A DNA stretch of 64,000 nucleotides, from NCBI GenBank assembly GCA_040285825.1, contig JAUPSS010000004.1:5423784-5487783 (forward strand). The letters run 5' to 3'. Origin of the DNA: Eukaryota sp. TZLM1-RC. Lineage: Eukaryota > Protista > Metamonada: BaSk clade. Position 1 is the stretch's first letter. Each line of letters opens with the position of its first letter. The notes below the pieces were generated by a model. That model made no database searches, was not told where the DNA came from, and was given only the letters and a program-made list of their open reading frames with translations. A program made the translations under genes and the position numbers. Positions 11,385 to 24,373 of this stretch are shown piece by piece.

Positions 11385-14300
11385 ATGGTCTCAGCAGACC
11401 TGTTTAAGTGTAAGGTCAATTCTTCGTCTCAACTTTGAACATCTTTTGATAGATGTTGGTTCGAGGATTTTGTCTCGGAAATTTTGGACAAAATAAAATG
11501 TTTATTAATTTTTTGAATTATAATTATGTTTATTACTCAGTCTGCCCATGTTTTATTTTTTTATGGCTGGATGAAATTGAAGATACACCAAATTTTATAA
11601 CTGAAAATCCAAGATCAATTATTTCGGATTGTTTGTGGACCTTCTACTTTCAGTAATGTCTATAATGTGATGGGCATGCGCCTGTTCTCTTTATCAGTTC
11701 TTTGAGCAGCCAGTTTGTGACTGTGTTGATGGACAGCTGACCAAGATGACCTCCATTGCTTATCTGGGTAGTTATTTGGCCAATGTGTTTGCTGTATGCT
11801 TTCCTGAAAACAGTCATTTTTTGACCTATCATCAATTCTGGATCCGGTGTCTTGATTTTGTGGCTATTTCTGATCTAAAAACCAGACATCCATTCAACAG
11901 TCCTGGCAAAGGTCATGTATATGAGAAGCTCCAGCTTATTTCTACATCATGGCCATTTGTTGTCTTGCTCATGTCAAGAAAAGGTCATAATTATGCGCTA
12001 CACGCTAATAAATTTTTACAACTAGTGGATGCAACGTTGAGCCAGCTGCATGGCAACTGCCAGCAGATTCTACATGATGGTCTTATGTCTTGGAAACTCA
12101 ACTTCTTTCGCTGGTATGCAGTCGGTCAGACCTGTTTAAGTGTAAGGTCAATTCTTCATCTCAACTTTGAATATCTCTTCATAGATGTTGGTTCGAGGAT
12201 TTTGTCTCGGAAATTTTGGACAAAATAAAATGTTTATTAATTTTTGGAATTATAATTATGTTTATTACTCAGTCTGTCCATGTTTGATTTTTTTATGGCT
12301 GGATGAAATTGAAGATACACCAAATTTTATAACTGAAAATCCAAGATCAATTATTTCGGATTGTTTGTGGACCTTCTACTTTCAGTAATGTCTATAAAGT
12401 CATGAGCATGTGCCTGTTCTTTTTATCAGTTCTTTGAGCAGCCAGTTTGTGACTATGTTGATGGACAGCTGACCAAAATGACCTCCATTGCTTATCTTGG
12501 TAGTTATTTGGCCAATGTGTTTGCTGTATTCTTTCCTGAAAACAGTCATTTTTTGACCTATCATCAATTCTGGATCTATTGTCTTGACTTTGTGGCTATT
12601 TCTGATCTAAAAATCAGACATCCATTCAACAGTCCTGGCAAAGGTGATGTATATGAGAAGCTCCAGCTTATTTCTACATCATGGCCATTTGTTGTCTTGC
12701 TCATGTCATGAAAAGGTCATAATTATGCGCTACACGCTAATAAATTTTTACAACAACTAGTGCATGCAACTGCCAGCAGATCCTACATGATGGTCTTATG
12801 TCTTGGTAACTCAACTTCTTTCGCTGGTATGCAGTCAGTCAGACCTGTTTAAGTGTAAGGTCAATTCTTCGTCTCAAATTTGAACATCTTTTTATAGATG
12901 TTGGTTCGAGGATTTTGTCTCAGAATAATTTTGCAGAAATTTTGCACAAAATAAAATGTTTATTAATTTTTTGAATTATAATTATGTTTATTACTCAGTC
13001 TGTCCATGTTTTATAGTTTTATGGCTGGATGAAATTGAAGATACACCAAATTTTATAACTGAAAATCCAAGATCAATTATTTCGGATTGTTTGTGGACCT
13101 TCTACTTTCAGTAATGTCTATAAAGTCATGGGCACGCGCCTGTTCTCTTTATCAGTTCTTTGAGCAGCCAGTTTGTGACTATGTTGATGGACAGCTGACC
13201 AAGATGACCTCCATTGCTTATCTGGGTAGTTATTTGGCCAATGTGTTTGCTGTAGGCTTTCCTGAAAACAGTCATTTTTTGACCTATCATCAATTCTGGA
13301 TCCAGTGTCTTGACTTTGTGGCTATTTCTGATCTAAAAGTCAGACATCCATTCAACAGTGCTGGCATGGGTCATATGTATGAGAAGCTCCAGCTTATTTC
13401 TACATCATGGCCATTTGTTGTCTTGCTCATGTCAAAAAAAAGTTCATAATTATGCGCTACACGCTAATAAATTTTTACAACAACTAGTGGATGCAACGTT
13501 CCGCCAGCTGCATGGCAACTGCCAGCAGATCCTACATGATGTTCTTATGTCTTGGAAACTCAACTTCTTTCGCTGGTATGCAGTCGGTCATCACTGCCCT
13601 GCACCAGCCACTTATGCTGGTTCTGTACTTCACAACAACACGAACTTTCGGAAACCTCTGTTTCCTGGTTCAACACACAACATACATTGACTGCTGGTCT
13701 ATTTCACTTCTTCGTTGGAGATCTGCAATTGTACAACACTCTTTTTTTTCCCGAAAAGATTTTTTTAATCAAGGGAATAGTACCTACATCTTTCGTTGCG
13801 GATTAACAATCCAAAACCATCTCGAGCAAGCCCTTCCACATACCTTCAGACGACAGAGTCTCACACTATTGCTAGTTTGAAGCCTGCTGTGTTCCCCTTT
13901 TCCACATGGGATCTCAACCATTTTATCTCCAAAAACACATCACAAACAATTACGAAAAACCCCTATTTATTGTTCGAAACAAAAGCTAATGACTACACCG
14001 AGTCTTCTGATGGTGATAGTGTCCATGTAACTTTCAAACCCCACACAAAAGCAACAAGGGTGAGATTATCTGGAGAAGCCTTCACTAATAAGTCAAATAT
14101 TTATGTATTACTTTATTGATTTAAAGATGAATATATGTATATTAATACCAGAGGAGAACTTGATTACTATGAAACCACTCGGAATAGAAAACATACCCTG
14201 CAAGCCAAGGTTGAACAGCCGAGACCTCGCCAGAAACCAAAAGCTACTGAGTGGCAGGCACCTGATGATGAGAAGGAAACGGTGTTCTGGGCCATCAACC

Positions 14301-14977
14301 ACTCAAATCTATGTGGTTCCAGTATTGGAACATGTTCAGGGCCGACCGTATCCAATATCTTCTTGGCACCAAAGCAACGAAAAATCAATCACTCCGCTTT
14401 ACTGACCCACTCATCAATAGATATTTGAGACGTGCAGAAATTGAACCATAATCTGCTTGAAATATCAACTATCGGTGACTATAAGAACGTAAGCCGATCA
14501 TTGCTAAAACAGCGATTATATCTGAGAGCTCGAAAAGCATTGAGGAGAAACACATTTGATTTCGCTATAAGAAAACAGAAAAAATTCAGCTCAATTATCA
14601 ACAAAGTGAAATAATTTGCAAACGGTCGGAAAGTAAAGGTGTGGTTTAACAATGGAGGTGGTGGTACATCAAGTCAAAAAGTGAAAACTCCACGTAAGGC
14701 GTTTCTCAAGTTGTTACAATGTTCATTGGCTAATGTGAAGATTAGAGTAAATACATGACATCTGCAAAGGTGAACAGGCTGCATGATGCTACACCAAAAG
14801 ATCTATAGAGAAGTTGATAGTGAAGTTAAAGTTCACAACGCCTATTTTAGTTGTGCGGAATGTAATCAAGTATGGTCTAGGGACGTTTCTGCATCACTAA
14901 ATCAGCTAGAAATTGCAATTAGTGAGCACTACTATGGAACAAGACCAGAAGCGTGCCAGAGACCACAAAAAAACTAG
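11385..14977 (+). pseudogene. Fanzor1 pseudogene with triplicated 5' segment
   Basis: Broken frames contain LFPGSTH..IDCW, SSDGDSVHVTF (TDG-type motif), a degenerate RuvC-I (FWAINHSNLCG versus IGVDLGQSRLCG in the 24.7-kb copy), a bridge-helix-like K/R-rich stretch, and CAECNQVWSRDVSASLN (Zn finger and RuvC-III). Confidence 0.8.
11395..13590 (+). repeat. Three tandem copies of a ~730-bp unit (starts 11395, 12127, 12840)
   Basis: Each unit begins CAGACCTGTTTAAGTGTAAGGTCAATTC and ends CGCTGGTATGCAGTCRGT. Near-identical ORFs recur in the track (MLVRGFCLG.., MTSIAYLGSY..). Confidence 0.95.
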
Positions 14978-15189
14978 CTTCAAAGCTACGTATTGTTCTA
15001 GAGGAGAAATGGGCTCACTGAGATTGGTGGCCAATTATTCGAGGATTTTCGACCGTCTTTGGACGATCTCACCAAGGATGAAAGTTCTTGGAATAAGTTG
15101 GATGCTTGAAGAAAGTATGCATTTCAAACATTCCTGGGTACGACAACTAATCTCATTTATCGTGACACTGTACTTCAACAACTGTACTT

Positions 15190-15320
15190 CTATTCGTCAC
15201 GGGCCTACCATGTGTAAATCGTGCAAAAGTTTGTCGAATAGAGATCGAAATGCATCGCTGAATATGTTGGCAGTGATGAAGGCACATGTAAATGGTGGAG
15301 ACAGACCGGAATACCTGTAG
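15190..15320 (+). pseudogene. Second Fanzor C-terminal remnant (different family)
   Basis: HGPTMCKSCKSLSNRDRNASLNMLAVMKAHVNGGDRPEYL*: CxxC, NRD and RPxYL terminus typical of Fanzor1. Confidence 0.75.
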
Positions 15321-15445
15321 AGAGTCAAGGTTGACAAAGGTTCAAAGAAAAATGTATCAAGGAGATCCATTTCTCAAAAACTCAGTCCCACTACATCGGT
15401 GTAAAAAGGACACTTATTTCATTGTTATAGACAACATCTGTTTCA

Positions 15446-16636
15446 ATGACTTTTGATTTCCACAATCCTACAAAGTACGTTCTCGGGAACAAGGTAGGTA
15501 CTATTGGTGAAGAAATCTCCTCTCGTGGTTTCCAGAAAGCGCTTATTCATTTCGGTTCTGGTTCTATCTTCAAAAACGGCTGTTATGATACAGTTGTCGA
15601 ATCGTTAAACAAACATTCTGTTGAATTTGTGGAAGTAGGGGGTGTTCAGCCAAATCCAGAAATCTCTCTTGTCCGAAAGACTATCAAGAAATATCACGAG
15701 CAAGGCTGTGATTGTGTTTTGGCTGTTGGTTGAGGCAGTGTTGTGGACTCTGCTAAAGCCGTCTGCGCTGGAATCGAATATGATAAAGATCCTTGGACTC
15801 TTTTTGAAAAACAGACCAAGTTGGTCACTGCTGCTCCTTTGTTTGTTGTTCTTACTCTTTCAGCCACTGGTAGTGAAATGAACTGCAATGCCGTTGTGTC
15901 AAACTCCGAAACATGTCAGAAGTATCACATCGGTGGACCTTGTCTCTTCCCAATTGTTTCTATTGTCGATCCCAGCTACCAAGCAACTTTGCCTTGGTAT
16001 CAAACTGTCAATGGAGCAATTGACGTATTTGCTCATTTATGGGAAGCATATGCTATGTTTGTTCCTTGTAATAAGCCGATCACGGCAATAAGATATGTCG
16101 AAAGTCTCATGCTTGCTACTCTTGATGCTTTAGAAGCTCTTCATCTACAACCAGAAGCCTATCAACCAAGAGCTGATCTCTGTTGGGCTGCAACTCTTGC
16201 CCTCAATTTCTCTACCACAGCCCCTCTCAATGGTGGAGACTGGTTCACCCACATGCTTGAACATGCTGTCTCTGCTGTCAACACTTCAGTAAGCCATGGT
16301 GCTGGTTTGGGAGTAATTATTCCTGCCTATTGGAAATTTTTGGTGAAACATCGACCCGAGCAGATTGTCACATTACAACGTCTTGCTAAGAATGTCTTTA
16401 ATGTTGAAACCATTGATGAAATGTGTTCTGCATTCAAGGGTTTGTTAAGAAGGTATGGACATCCAACAACCTTATCCGAACCAATTTCTGCTCTTGGTGA
16501 CACTGGTTTATTTAATTCTGTTGATGCCTCTGTGAAAAGGCAAATTGTTGATGTTTATCATGGAAGGACTGGTTTTTACGGTTTTTTCAAAGTTACTCAC
16601 GATGAGGCTGTTGAAATTGTAGATTCTATTTGCTAA
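15446..16636 (+). CDS. Iron-containing alcohol/butanol dehydrogenase (BdhA/YqhD-like) with in-frame TGA at 15731-15733
   Basis: MTFDFHNPTK.., GVQPNP, LAVG*GSVVDSAKA (GGGS motif interrupted), TLSATGSEMN, GDWFTHMLEHAVSA..HGAGL. The two track ORFs are in the same frame. Confidence 0.85.
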
Positions 16637-17469
16637 TTTCGCATTTTTGTACATAAATTATAAAATTTCATAGGGTAAGCTTCTAAGGTTACATTTTCAA
16701 AGAACATGGGTACCACTTTGTTCAATCTTCATTTACTTGGAGAAAGGGGTAATTGTAGGTAAGGCAAGTTAATACTTGAGGAATAATCAACAATGGTTGC
16801 AACTGGACTTACCAATATGTTCAGAATGTCTAAATTCACAACTTATTACACGACTTCACTTTTTACACAACCCCATAATACGACATAATTTTATCGTATG
16901 ACGATTTTTCTGTTACCTTCTGTTGCACAAAAACTAAGCTCTTGTATGACGTCAACAATAGCAACATGATTTAATCCTCAAACCTTCAAATTACCTTAGC
17001 CTACCATTATGAGTTTTACAAAAAACATCTCTTTCTAGTCCTGTCTACTTACACTCAACGGAGGGTCTTCATTTATAACACTGATCAATCGTCCAAATAA
17101 GGTAGACAAAAGAATCAGAACTAGAAGATGACATAGAGAGAACAAAGCCGTGTTGGAAAGCCCAAAGCTTGACAGTTTGGACAAGATCTTGTTTAGAAGA
17201 AAAAGAATAAAGATGGGGTTGGTTGTTATAGTCTCAAGGTTGCTTTTTGTTGTTACAAAAGTTGTCGTGTTTGAGTATTGTCTAAAAAGTGAAGTTGTGC
17301 AATAAGTTGTGGATTTAAACATTCTCAATATGTATTTTAATTTCCACATTTTTCGTTTCCATTGTCACCTAACAACGCAGAATGGGGGAATCCTATTCAA
17401 AAAAAGAAGTGTAAATTGAATTTGAAAACAATACATCGTGTAAATTAGAAAAATATATAGGTTTTGTTT

Positions 17470-19235
17470 TGTTTGGCCATTCATCCTATTTTATTGCAAA
17501 TTCAAGAGATGTTTCCTTCGCTAAAAATGATTGCATATATGGAAGATATTGTGCTTATTGGTGATTTAAATATTGTGAAACAAGCAACTGTATGATTTAA
17601 AGAACTATTTACCAAAATTGGTATCCGACCTAATTTACTTAAATGTGTTTTGTTATCGAATTCTCCAGTTTCCACAATAGTTGATGGTATTGAAATTCAA
17701 GCCAAATTATATTCATTTGATGCTATTCGTCAATTGGGTTCGTTTTTAGGAAATAATGATGAAATTACCAAAAAATTGTTTGAAAAGTTGAACTCAATTT
17801 CTGAAAAAATTGACCGAATGATGAATTTAGATATACAAAAACACATCAAATTTACCATTATAAGACTGTGTTTTAGTTCCAATTTTAATCATATATTTCG
17901 ATCTACAAATCCTCTTGTCACTAGACCTTTGGCTCAGAAGTTTAATTAATTACGTGCAAAAGTTCTGTCTCAATTACTGGGATGTAAACTGTTCCAAATT
18001 CCAGACCATGCTTACCTTAGTCCACATTATGGCGGTTTAGGGTGGACGAAAGCTTCTATTCTTACCTCGTGTGCTTTTGTTGGTGGATGCAGAAACGCAA
18101 TCTTTGAGTTTTCCGAAAGGTTTGCAGATTGGGAAGATTTATTGATGGCAACGCAAAGTTCCATTGTTTTGCATTAAATGAAGAATTTCAAAAATTAATG
18201 CAGAAAAATGGAGTCGATGCTTTCCCCAATCATTCAATGGCAATATTCCAGAAAAGAATGTTTTAAATTTGAAGTATACTCTTCGAACATTACAGAAACG
18301 ACTGACTGGAATGTATGAAAATGATCCTTATAATAATATATGCAGCTCGGCTGTTTTAAATCAAGATCTTCACTCATTGTTATTGGAAAAGGGTGTTTGT
18401 GAAAGCAAGTCATCAGATTCTTCACTTTTTGTAACCATTGTACCACGAAGATTTGGATTGTGTGCCACTAATGAAGCATTTGTAACAAAAATGAGATTAT
18501 GTTTGAATATTCCCGTTAATAAATTATTATCAAAAGAAAAATGCATTTGTTCGAATTCACCTCAACTCACTTTGCGTCATGCTCTAAATTGCTCTAAATT
18601 GATAACTTATCGTTCTTCATTACATGATGCTGTTAGAGACACTGTTTTCAATATGGCACAAACTGCAAGGATATCGTGTATCAAAGAGCCCTTGCTGAAG
18701 GAAACACTTTCTCTGAATAATTTTGGTTCTGATGATAGAGGTGATGTATACTGTGATTGGATTGATAATTCTGAAGCTATTGTTGACTTTGTCTCATGTA
18801 ATGTTGCAAATGATACTTTGGTTCACAGAAGAAAACTTAATCCGGTGGCTGCTCTGGATTTCAAAGCAAAAGAGAAACATAGAAAATATGATAAAGATAT
18901 TGAAGAGGCAAATGTCGATAGAAATACACAGCTGGTTTTTATTGCTTTCCCATTTTCGATAAATGGAAGATTATCAGTTGAAGCAGAAACTTTTTTGGAT
19001 GACTTCCAAAAAATGGTGCAAGAAAAAACAGTGAAAAGATTTGATATTTTTTTATGGCGTTCACGGATTCAATTTGCCATTATTAATAGATTACCGCGGT
19101 TTTTCAATCGAATAAGAGAAGCTTTAGCTAGACAGCAAGCAGATCAAGATTTTGTAGAGGAAAACTTGGTTCAATGATAGTCGTCCCATTAGTTATGAGT
19201 TAGTTTAATTAAGTGTGCAAATTCAATAAAAAAAA
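17470..19235 (+). mobile_element. CRE-like non-LTR retrotransposon, 5'-truncated (RT C-terminus and RLE), A-rich tail
   Basis: CxC..H..NC..HDAVRD..EP..RGDV..D..K RLE signature in ORF 18269-19177. Same family as 35630-37915. Tail CAATAAAAAAAA. Confidence 0.85.
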
Positions 19236-19499
19236 TGGGTAAAAAATTTAAAAAAAAAATGAGTAATTAGTATGAACAATTCATAATTTTTCATATTTTT
19301 GGAATAAAAAACTAGAAAAAAATAAAAGTGAAATGAATTCCATAGCAATACATTTTGCTGATTGAAAAGCTTTGGTTTATTTCAAACACAGGAGGCCTTT
19401 TGACATTGTTGTCATTGTCTAAGTGACAATGTTTGTTGAAACAAACATGGCAGATGTGTGTAATAAAGCCTTCCGTACTGATATTCCAAAATCAATTAG

Positions 19500-19590
19500 A
19501 AAGGGCAATCATAATGCCATGGTTTATTTAGGTTATTGTTATTACGATAGCCGTGGTGTTGAACAAGACTATTTTCAAGCATCAAAAACT
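19500..19590 (+). pseudogene. Sel1-like repeat fragment
   Basis: GNHNAMVYLGYCYYDSRGVEQDYFQA matches the SLR consensus. Single isolated repeat. Confidence 0.55.
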
Positions 19591-19792
19591 CCAATAGTGA
19601 ACTGGCTGTTCGAAACAATATTACAACATCAAAAATCTTATTGAAAACGAATAAACTGGTCAAAACCAATTGGAGAGTTTGAAAAGAAATATTTAAGAGT
19701 AACTACTTAAAAGGTCAACAACTGGAAGTTGAATTATAAAACTAATCACAAAAATCAATTGAAAACACAAAGTCAAACGCATTTATGGATAT

Positions 19793-20596
19793 TCACAACA
19801 AAGTGCATTCACCAGAACCTCCTTTCTTGGAATCCAGCTGATCTAGTTCAGGAACGATTGGCCCACACAAGATTTTGACTATATAGTCACCATAAGAAAA
19901 AGGGAAAGAATGACCTTGTGCCTCCCTAATTTCCTGTCTCTCTGACACGTAATCGTCTATAACATCTAGATTGGGAATACTGTCATCCCAGTCGTTTAGA
20001 TAGCTCATAGTGGACTGGTCATCAGTACATGCTACAATAGAAACAAAAACATTATCAGGTTTAGTTTGCAAGGCTCTCTTGAACGGTCTTATATCTGGAT
20101 AGCCTTGTTCGTTGGAGGGCTGTCCGTCAGTGATTATGATAACTAACAGTTTTTTACAAGCCTCGGGTCCACCGATAACATGTTGTTTATCTGCAATAAC
20201 TTGGTTGAAGACTCTAGTTAGAGGAGTAACGCCAGCTGGCCTTCTTTGAAAGAGGGAATTCACATGGGCTGGACAATTCACATTGTGCATTCCTGGTGAA
20301 TTTAGAAAATAGATGTCTATACCATCAGAGTCCAACGCTGTAGCAAGTTGAGAAATAACAGAGACTTGACTTTTGAGTTCATCCCACCTTGTCATGGAAG
20401 GAGCGCTACTGTGTATAGGTACTTGTGGAGTATTCATACTGCCACTGTCATCTCCTATAATAACTATGTCAAATGCTTCTAGTCTACGAAGGTACATTGC
20501 CATTTGTTCCGATATTTCAAAGTTGCGTACAATTTGTAGAAAGCGCTCATGCTTTGTTGGAGTGATTGGTGGGGCATTGGGTTCATGCTGGTACAT
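19793..20596 (-). CDS. vWA domain protein with C-terminal CaaX box
   Basis: DIVIIGDDSGSM (MIDAS DxSxS), TPL, VIIITDGQP; ends ..GECTLL*. Confidence 0.85.
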   Translation of the reverse strand: MYQHEPNAPPITPTKHERFLQIVRNFEISEQMAMYLRRLEAFDIVIIGDDSGSMNTPQVPIHSSAPSMTRWDELKSQVSVISQLATALDSDGIDIYFLNSPGMHNVNCPAHVNSLFQRRPAGVTPLTRVFNQVIADKQHVIGGPEACKKLLVIIITDGQPSNEQGYPDIRPFKRALQTKPDNVFVSIVACTDDQSTMSYLNDWDDSIPNLDVIDDYVSERQEIREAQGHSFPFSYGDYIVKILCGPIVPELDQLDSKKGGSGECTLL

Positions 20597-20669
20597 CACA
20601 AGTGTTTGATTGAATCAGAAATATATGGAGTCATTTTTGATTTGTTTCTTCATTTTTTCAATAACGATT

Positions 20670-20810
20670 ATCTGTTAGAAAACTTATACATCAACATCTA
20701 AACCATCCATCTCTCCCAAAACAAAATCACTAGATCCAATTCTCTCATAGTAAGATCCAAGAGAAAGCAAAGTATGAGAAACCAACTTCATCATCCCATT
20801 AAAAATAATA
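20670..20810 (-). mobile_element. 3'-end fragment of a CRE-like element
   Basis: Homologous to 27430-27560 and to the end of the element at ~48960-49075. Confidence 0.6.
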
Positions 20811-20815
20811 ATCCC

Positions 20816-20965
20816 CCTCTGTGTCACGTGTATGGTCATGTGCAATTAACTCTCTACTGAGACCTACTGCAGTGAAACAAATTCGGGCCTACCTTGCTTT
20901 GGTCACCGAGATTTGTCATGAAGCTTCTGTAGTGCTTCAATCTTTTTTTTTGAATTTTTCTTCGA
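20816..20965 (+). pseudogene. Fanzor1 N-terminal fragment, same family as 24687-26641
   Basis: SVSRVWSCAINSLLRPTAVKQIRAYLALVTEICHEASVVLQSF matches SCALNSLLTPAAVQQIRTDLPVVTEICHEASLLLQSF. Confidence 0.85.
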
Positions 20966-21099
20966 CAGTTTCATCAATTTATTATTATTAATTATTAATT
21001 CATTGTATATTCATTAAATCAATGATAAATTGAACATTGAAAAGAGCAGTGGTTCACAACATAAATGCCCGAATGGTCTTGTTTTTTGATTTTTATTTA

Positions 21100-22975
21100 T
21101 TAGGTTTTTTTTCACTTAATTTTCATTTATTCCAATAAAAAACAAACTATACGACAAGGTTAAAATTCTTTGTCTTCATAACCCAAATCAGCCAAGAAGA
21201 ATGGACTGGAGGTTTTTCTTTCATAAACGCGTCCAAGAGATAACAAAGCTGAAGATGATAAGGGAACAACACCTTTGAAAATTGAAGATACAATGCTGTT
21301 TTGCCACAAACACTTGCCAAAAACTTTTCCAGTACGTTGTTTCACAATTTCAACAAAATCATCCAGAAAAAACAAAGCAAGAGGACCGAGCGTGCCATGA
21401 GGGGAAACTGCCAATGGACAGAGGACATAATGAGTATGCGATTCTGCATTCAAGGATAACAATTTTGCTTTGTATTTGTCAATTTTGGCTTTTTCGGAAA
21501 CAGTTAAGGGGTCCCTATATTTTGATCGAGCCATTGGAATAAAAGCATCATTACCGACATCAGTGGATCTCACATCTGTAATAATGGTAGTACCTTCAAG
21601 AACTTCAAGCATTAAATCACCTCTATTTCGACCAAACGAATTCAAAGTATCTTCATCAACCAAACGGGAAAGTAATGATTCTAAATTAAAAACAATTCTG
21701 TGTGATTTTGACATACAATAGAGTTGATTTCTTACCGCATCATGAACTTTTGAACGGAAAGCAATAAAATGTAAAAAAATGTAATATAACTTACACATAC
21801 AATATAACTGGTCTCTTACAGCATCATGAACCTTGCTTCTAAAAGTAATAAAATGTTTACAATTTAACAAATGAGTAATTGTAATTTCTCGAGAACATTT
21901 ACAAAATAAATTATTACTCCAAAACAATACTCCAAATTTCAGAGGGCAAACAATCGAGAGCATTTTTCAGACCTCTGAGAAAATTATTGCTTATATAGAA
22001 TTCAATAAATTAACATCATTGGGAAAACGGTTACAAAATTCAAAAACAAAATTTTTCCCTCCACCAAGAAAAGCAGCCTGACAGACAATAAAAGATTTAG
22101 TGAAATTAATTCTACCAAAATTAGATGATGAAAATACATGACTTCGAATTAGTTCAGGACTGACATCAACCAAAGGTGCAAATAATTTTGTTCTCAAATA
22201 GTTAAATGAGCGGCAAAACTCACGTGAAAAATCAGGAGATGTTGTTCATAAAATGTGAGCAATTTTACTGGAGTAGCAAATTTTTTTTATTTATTTTTTT
22301 TAGATAAAAACTTAATATGTTTCTCAATTCCCAATGACGAAATTGTGTCAAGTTCAGAACCCAATTTCATTTAAAAATAATTCAATTCTGCAGTAATTTT
22401 TGGAACATTTCCAAGCCAGAATCCTAGGAAACGAAAAGCATCTGAGGAATAGTTAAGAAAAGGAATTTCAACACCATTAATGGTTAATCTATCTTTTGCC
22501 TTTCCTATGAGGAGACGTTTGTCGGCATTAAGCAAAAGACCAATATCTCTGTAAAACAGTGAGGCTTCAGAGCAATTTCATTTAAAAACATTTAATTGAC
22601 CAATAATTGAGATATCATCCATGTATCCTACTATTTTCAACATCGGATAGCGATTACTGAAATGAATCAAAGACTTGTGAATTGCTAAACAAAAGAGTAA
22701 TGGCCCAAGGGGATCACCTTGCTTAACTTCTGAAAGACGAGAATAAAGTATAAGATTCATAAATTAGTTCACTGGCTTCACCATAAAATAAATTAAAATA
22801 GCTGGATAATTCTGGAAATTCTTTTTGGATGACTTCGTAAACTGCACTTCCATGTACAGAATTGAAAGAATTCTTAAAATCTAAATTGAAAATATAATTC
22901 TGTTTATCAAAATTAAAAAATAAATCAGAAGTCAATGCAGCAACTGATGCACCATCAATTGTTTTAATTTTTGTA
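21100..22975 (-). mobile_element. CRE-like non-LTR retrotransposon, degenerate (RT and RLE)
   Basis: LDFKNSFNS, VKQGDPLGPLLFCLA, GYMDD, CKC..HLLNC..HDAVRD, RGDL; short internal duplication of the HFITFRSKVHDAVR segment. Confidence 0.85.
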
Positions 22976-23413
22976 ATTTTTTTATTAGGTTTTGATCTTT
23001 TTGTTTTTAAAAGTTAATAAGAAGAAGATCACAAGTACAAGACCAAATTTTTGATATTGGGTGGAGCACGTGTAAAAAGAATCATTCAATGTATAGTTGA
23101 ATTCACTCCACTTTGATTTTGATAAAATATAACATTTTCCGTATTTGTTTTATTTAGGCAGTTTCATTAACAATTGAACAACTTTACATTCAGCGGAATA
23201 AATCTTGTTTGACAAAGTGTTATTGCCACAAAATCTCCAGCTACCAAATTCTCAGTGTCTCTGTTGGATATGTTACTCACCATTTGTTCTGTATTCACTT
23301 TTGTTCTTCGTCAAAATTCATTTGATTAGAAGTAATAGTCTTGGCTTTAATGCTAATTGTTGATAGTGATTTATTTAACTACTCAATAAATGTTTAGTTA
23401 ATTATTGAACAAT

Positions 23414-24358
23414 TCAGTCCAACTTCCATATTTTCAATATTCCAATATCGTCCCCACTAACTAAAATTTTCTCCTCTCCATGCCAATGAACTGTGTTGAC
23501 ATCAGAAGGATGTGCATTAGAACGGCTCACCAAGAGCTTAGGCTCAAGGGGGTTTAAAATATTTAAAATTGTTATAGAATGATCGCCACCAGCTACAGCC
23601 AGTAAATCAAATTTTGGATGGATTGACAGTTCATAAGCCGTGTGTCTTATTTGTAGATCAAAATCCAACTTTTTGACCCATTGCTCGCTTTCCCTACCCC
23701 AAACAAAAAGTCTATTGTCACTTCCTGTTGAAAACAAATAGTTACCACATCTCGAGAATTCAATTGACCAAACCGTATCATCATGACCTTCCAACACTTG
23801 ATCAAACACAAACAAGCCATCATCATCTTTCCATAGTCTAATAGTATTATCATAAGAACAGGACGCCAAGAGAGATTCTGTTGGATGCCAACACACGTTC
23901 TTGACGTCTTGTTCGTGGCCGTGGAGAACAGACGCTACCTCAAAATCATCAACCATGTCGTTATACTCCCACACCCAAACCAATCGATCACGTGAACAAG
24001 ACGCGAGATATCCATTGTGAGAGAATGCAATACCTTTGACCTCACATTCATGACCTTCTATCCGTTCTATGGTGTAGTTGGGTAAGTCATAGAAAAAGCA
24101 TAGTGAGCGATCAAAGGAGGCAGAGAGAAATGCCTCACCATCAGGATGCCATATGACTCTTCGTACGGCTCGAGAATGTTGATGGAAACGTTTGCTAAGG
24201 CTAAGGGTACATGTATCACTATCCGTTAGGTTAAATGAAAAAAGACATATGGTACAATCACCTGAAGCTGATAGGATAGAGGAGCCATCAGGAGAGAAGG
24301 CAACTGACCAAATACGATCAGGATGTGCTTCACATTGGGTAAGTTGATGAAGTCCCAT
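23414..24358 (-). CDS. CIA1: Cytosolic iron-sulfur assembly WD40 protein Cia1/CIAO1
   Basis: WD40 repeats with Cia1-specific motifs SASFD, EGHECEVKGIAFS, ASCSRDRLVWVWE, VLHGHEQDVKNVCWHP, ASCSYDNTIRLW, AHPSDVNTVHW. Confidence 0.92.
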   Translation of the reverse strand: MGLHQLTQCEAHPDRIWSVAFSPDGSSILSASGDCTICLFSFNLTDSDTCTLSLSKRFHQHSRAVRRVIWHPDGEAFLSASFDRSLCFFYDLPNYTIERIEGHECEVKGIAFSHNGYLASCSRDRLVWVWEYNDMVDDFEVASVLHGHEQDVKNVCWHPTESLLASCSYDNTIRLWKDDDGLFVFDQVLEGHDDTVWSIEFSRCGNYLFSTGSDNRLFVWGRESEQWVKKLDFDLQIRHTAYELSIHPKFDLLAVAGGDHSITILNILNPLEPKLLVSRSNAHPSDVNTVHWHGEEKILVSGDDIGILKIWKLD

Positions 24359-24373
24359 TATTACTGTGGTGGT

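Noticed and set aside
11395-13590. CRISPR-like or guide array
   Set aside because: Units are ~730-bp whole duplications of coding sequence with no short-repeat/unique-spacer structure.
17035-17349. Possible further Fanzor C-terminal remnant or 104-aa ORF
   Set aside because: Only vague Cys and 'LNM' similarity, with no intact motif.
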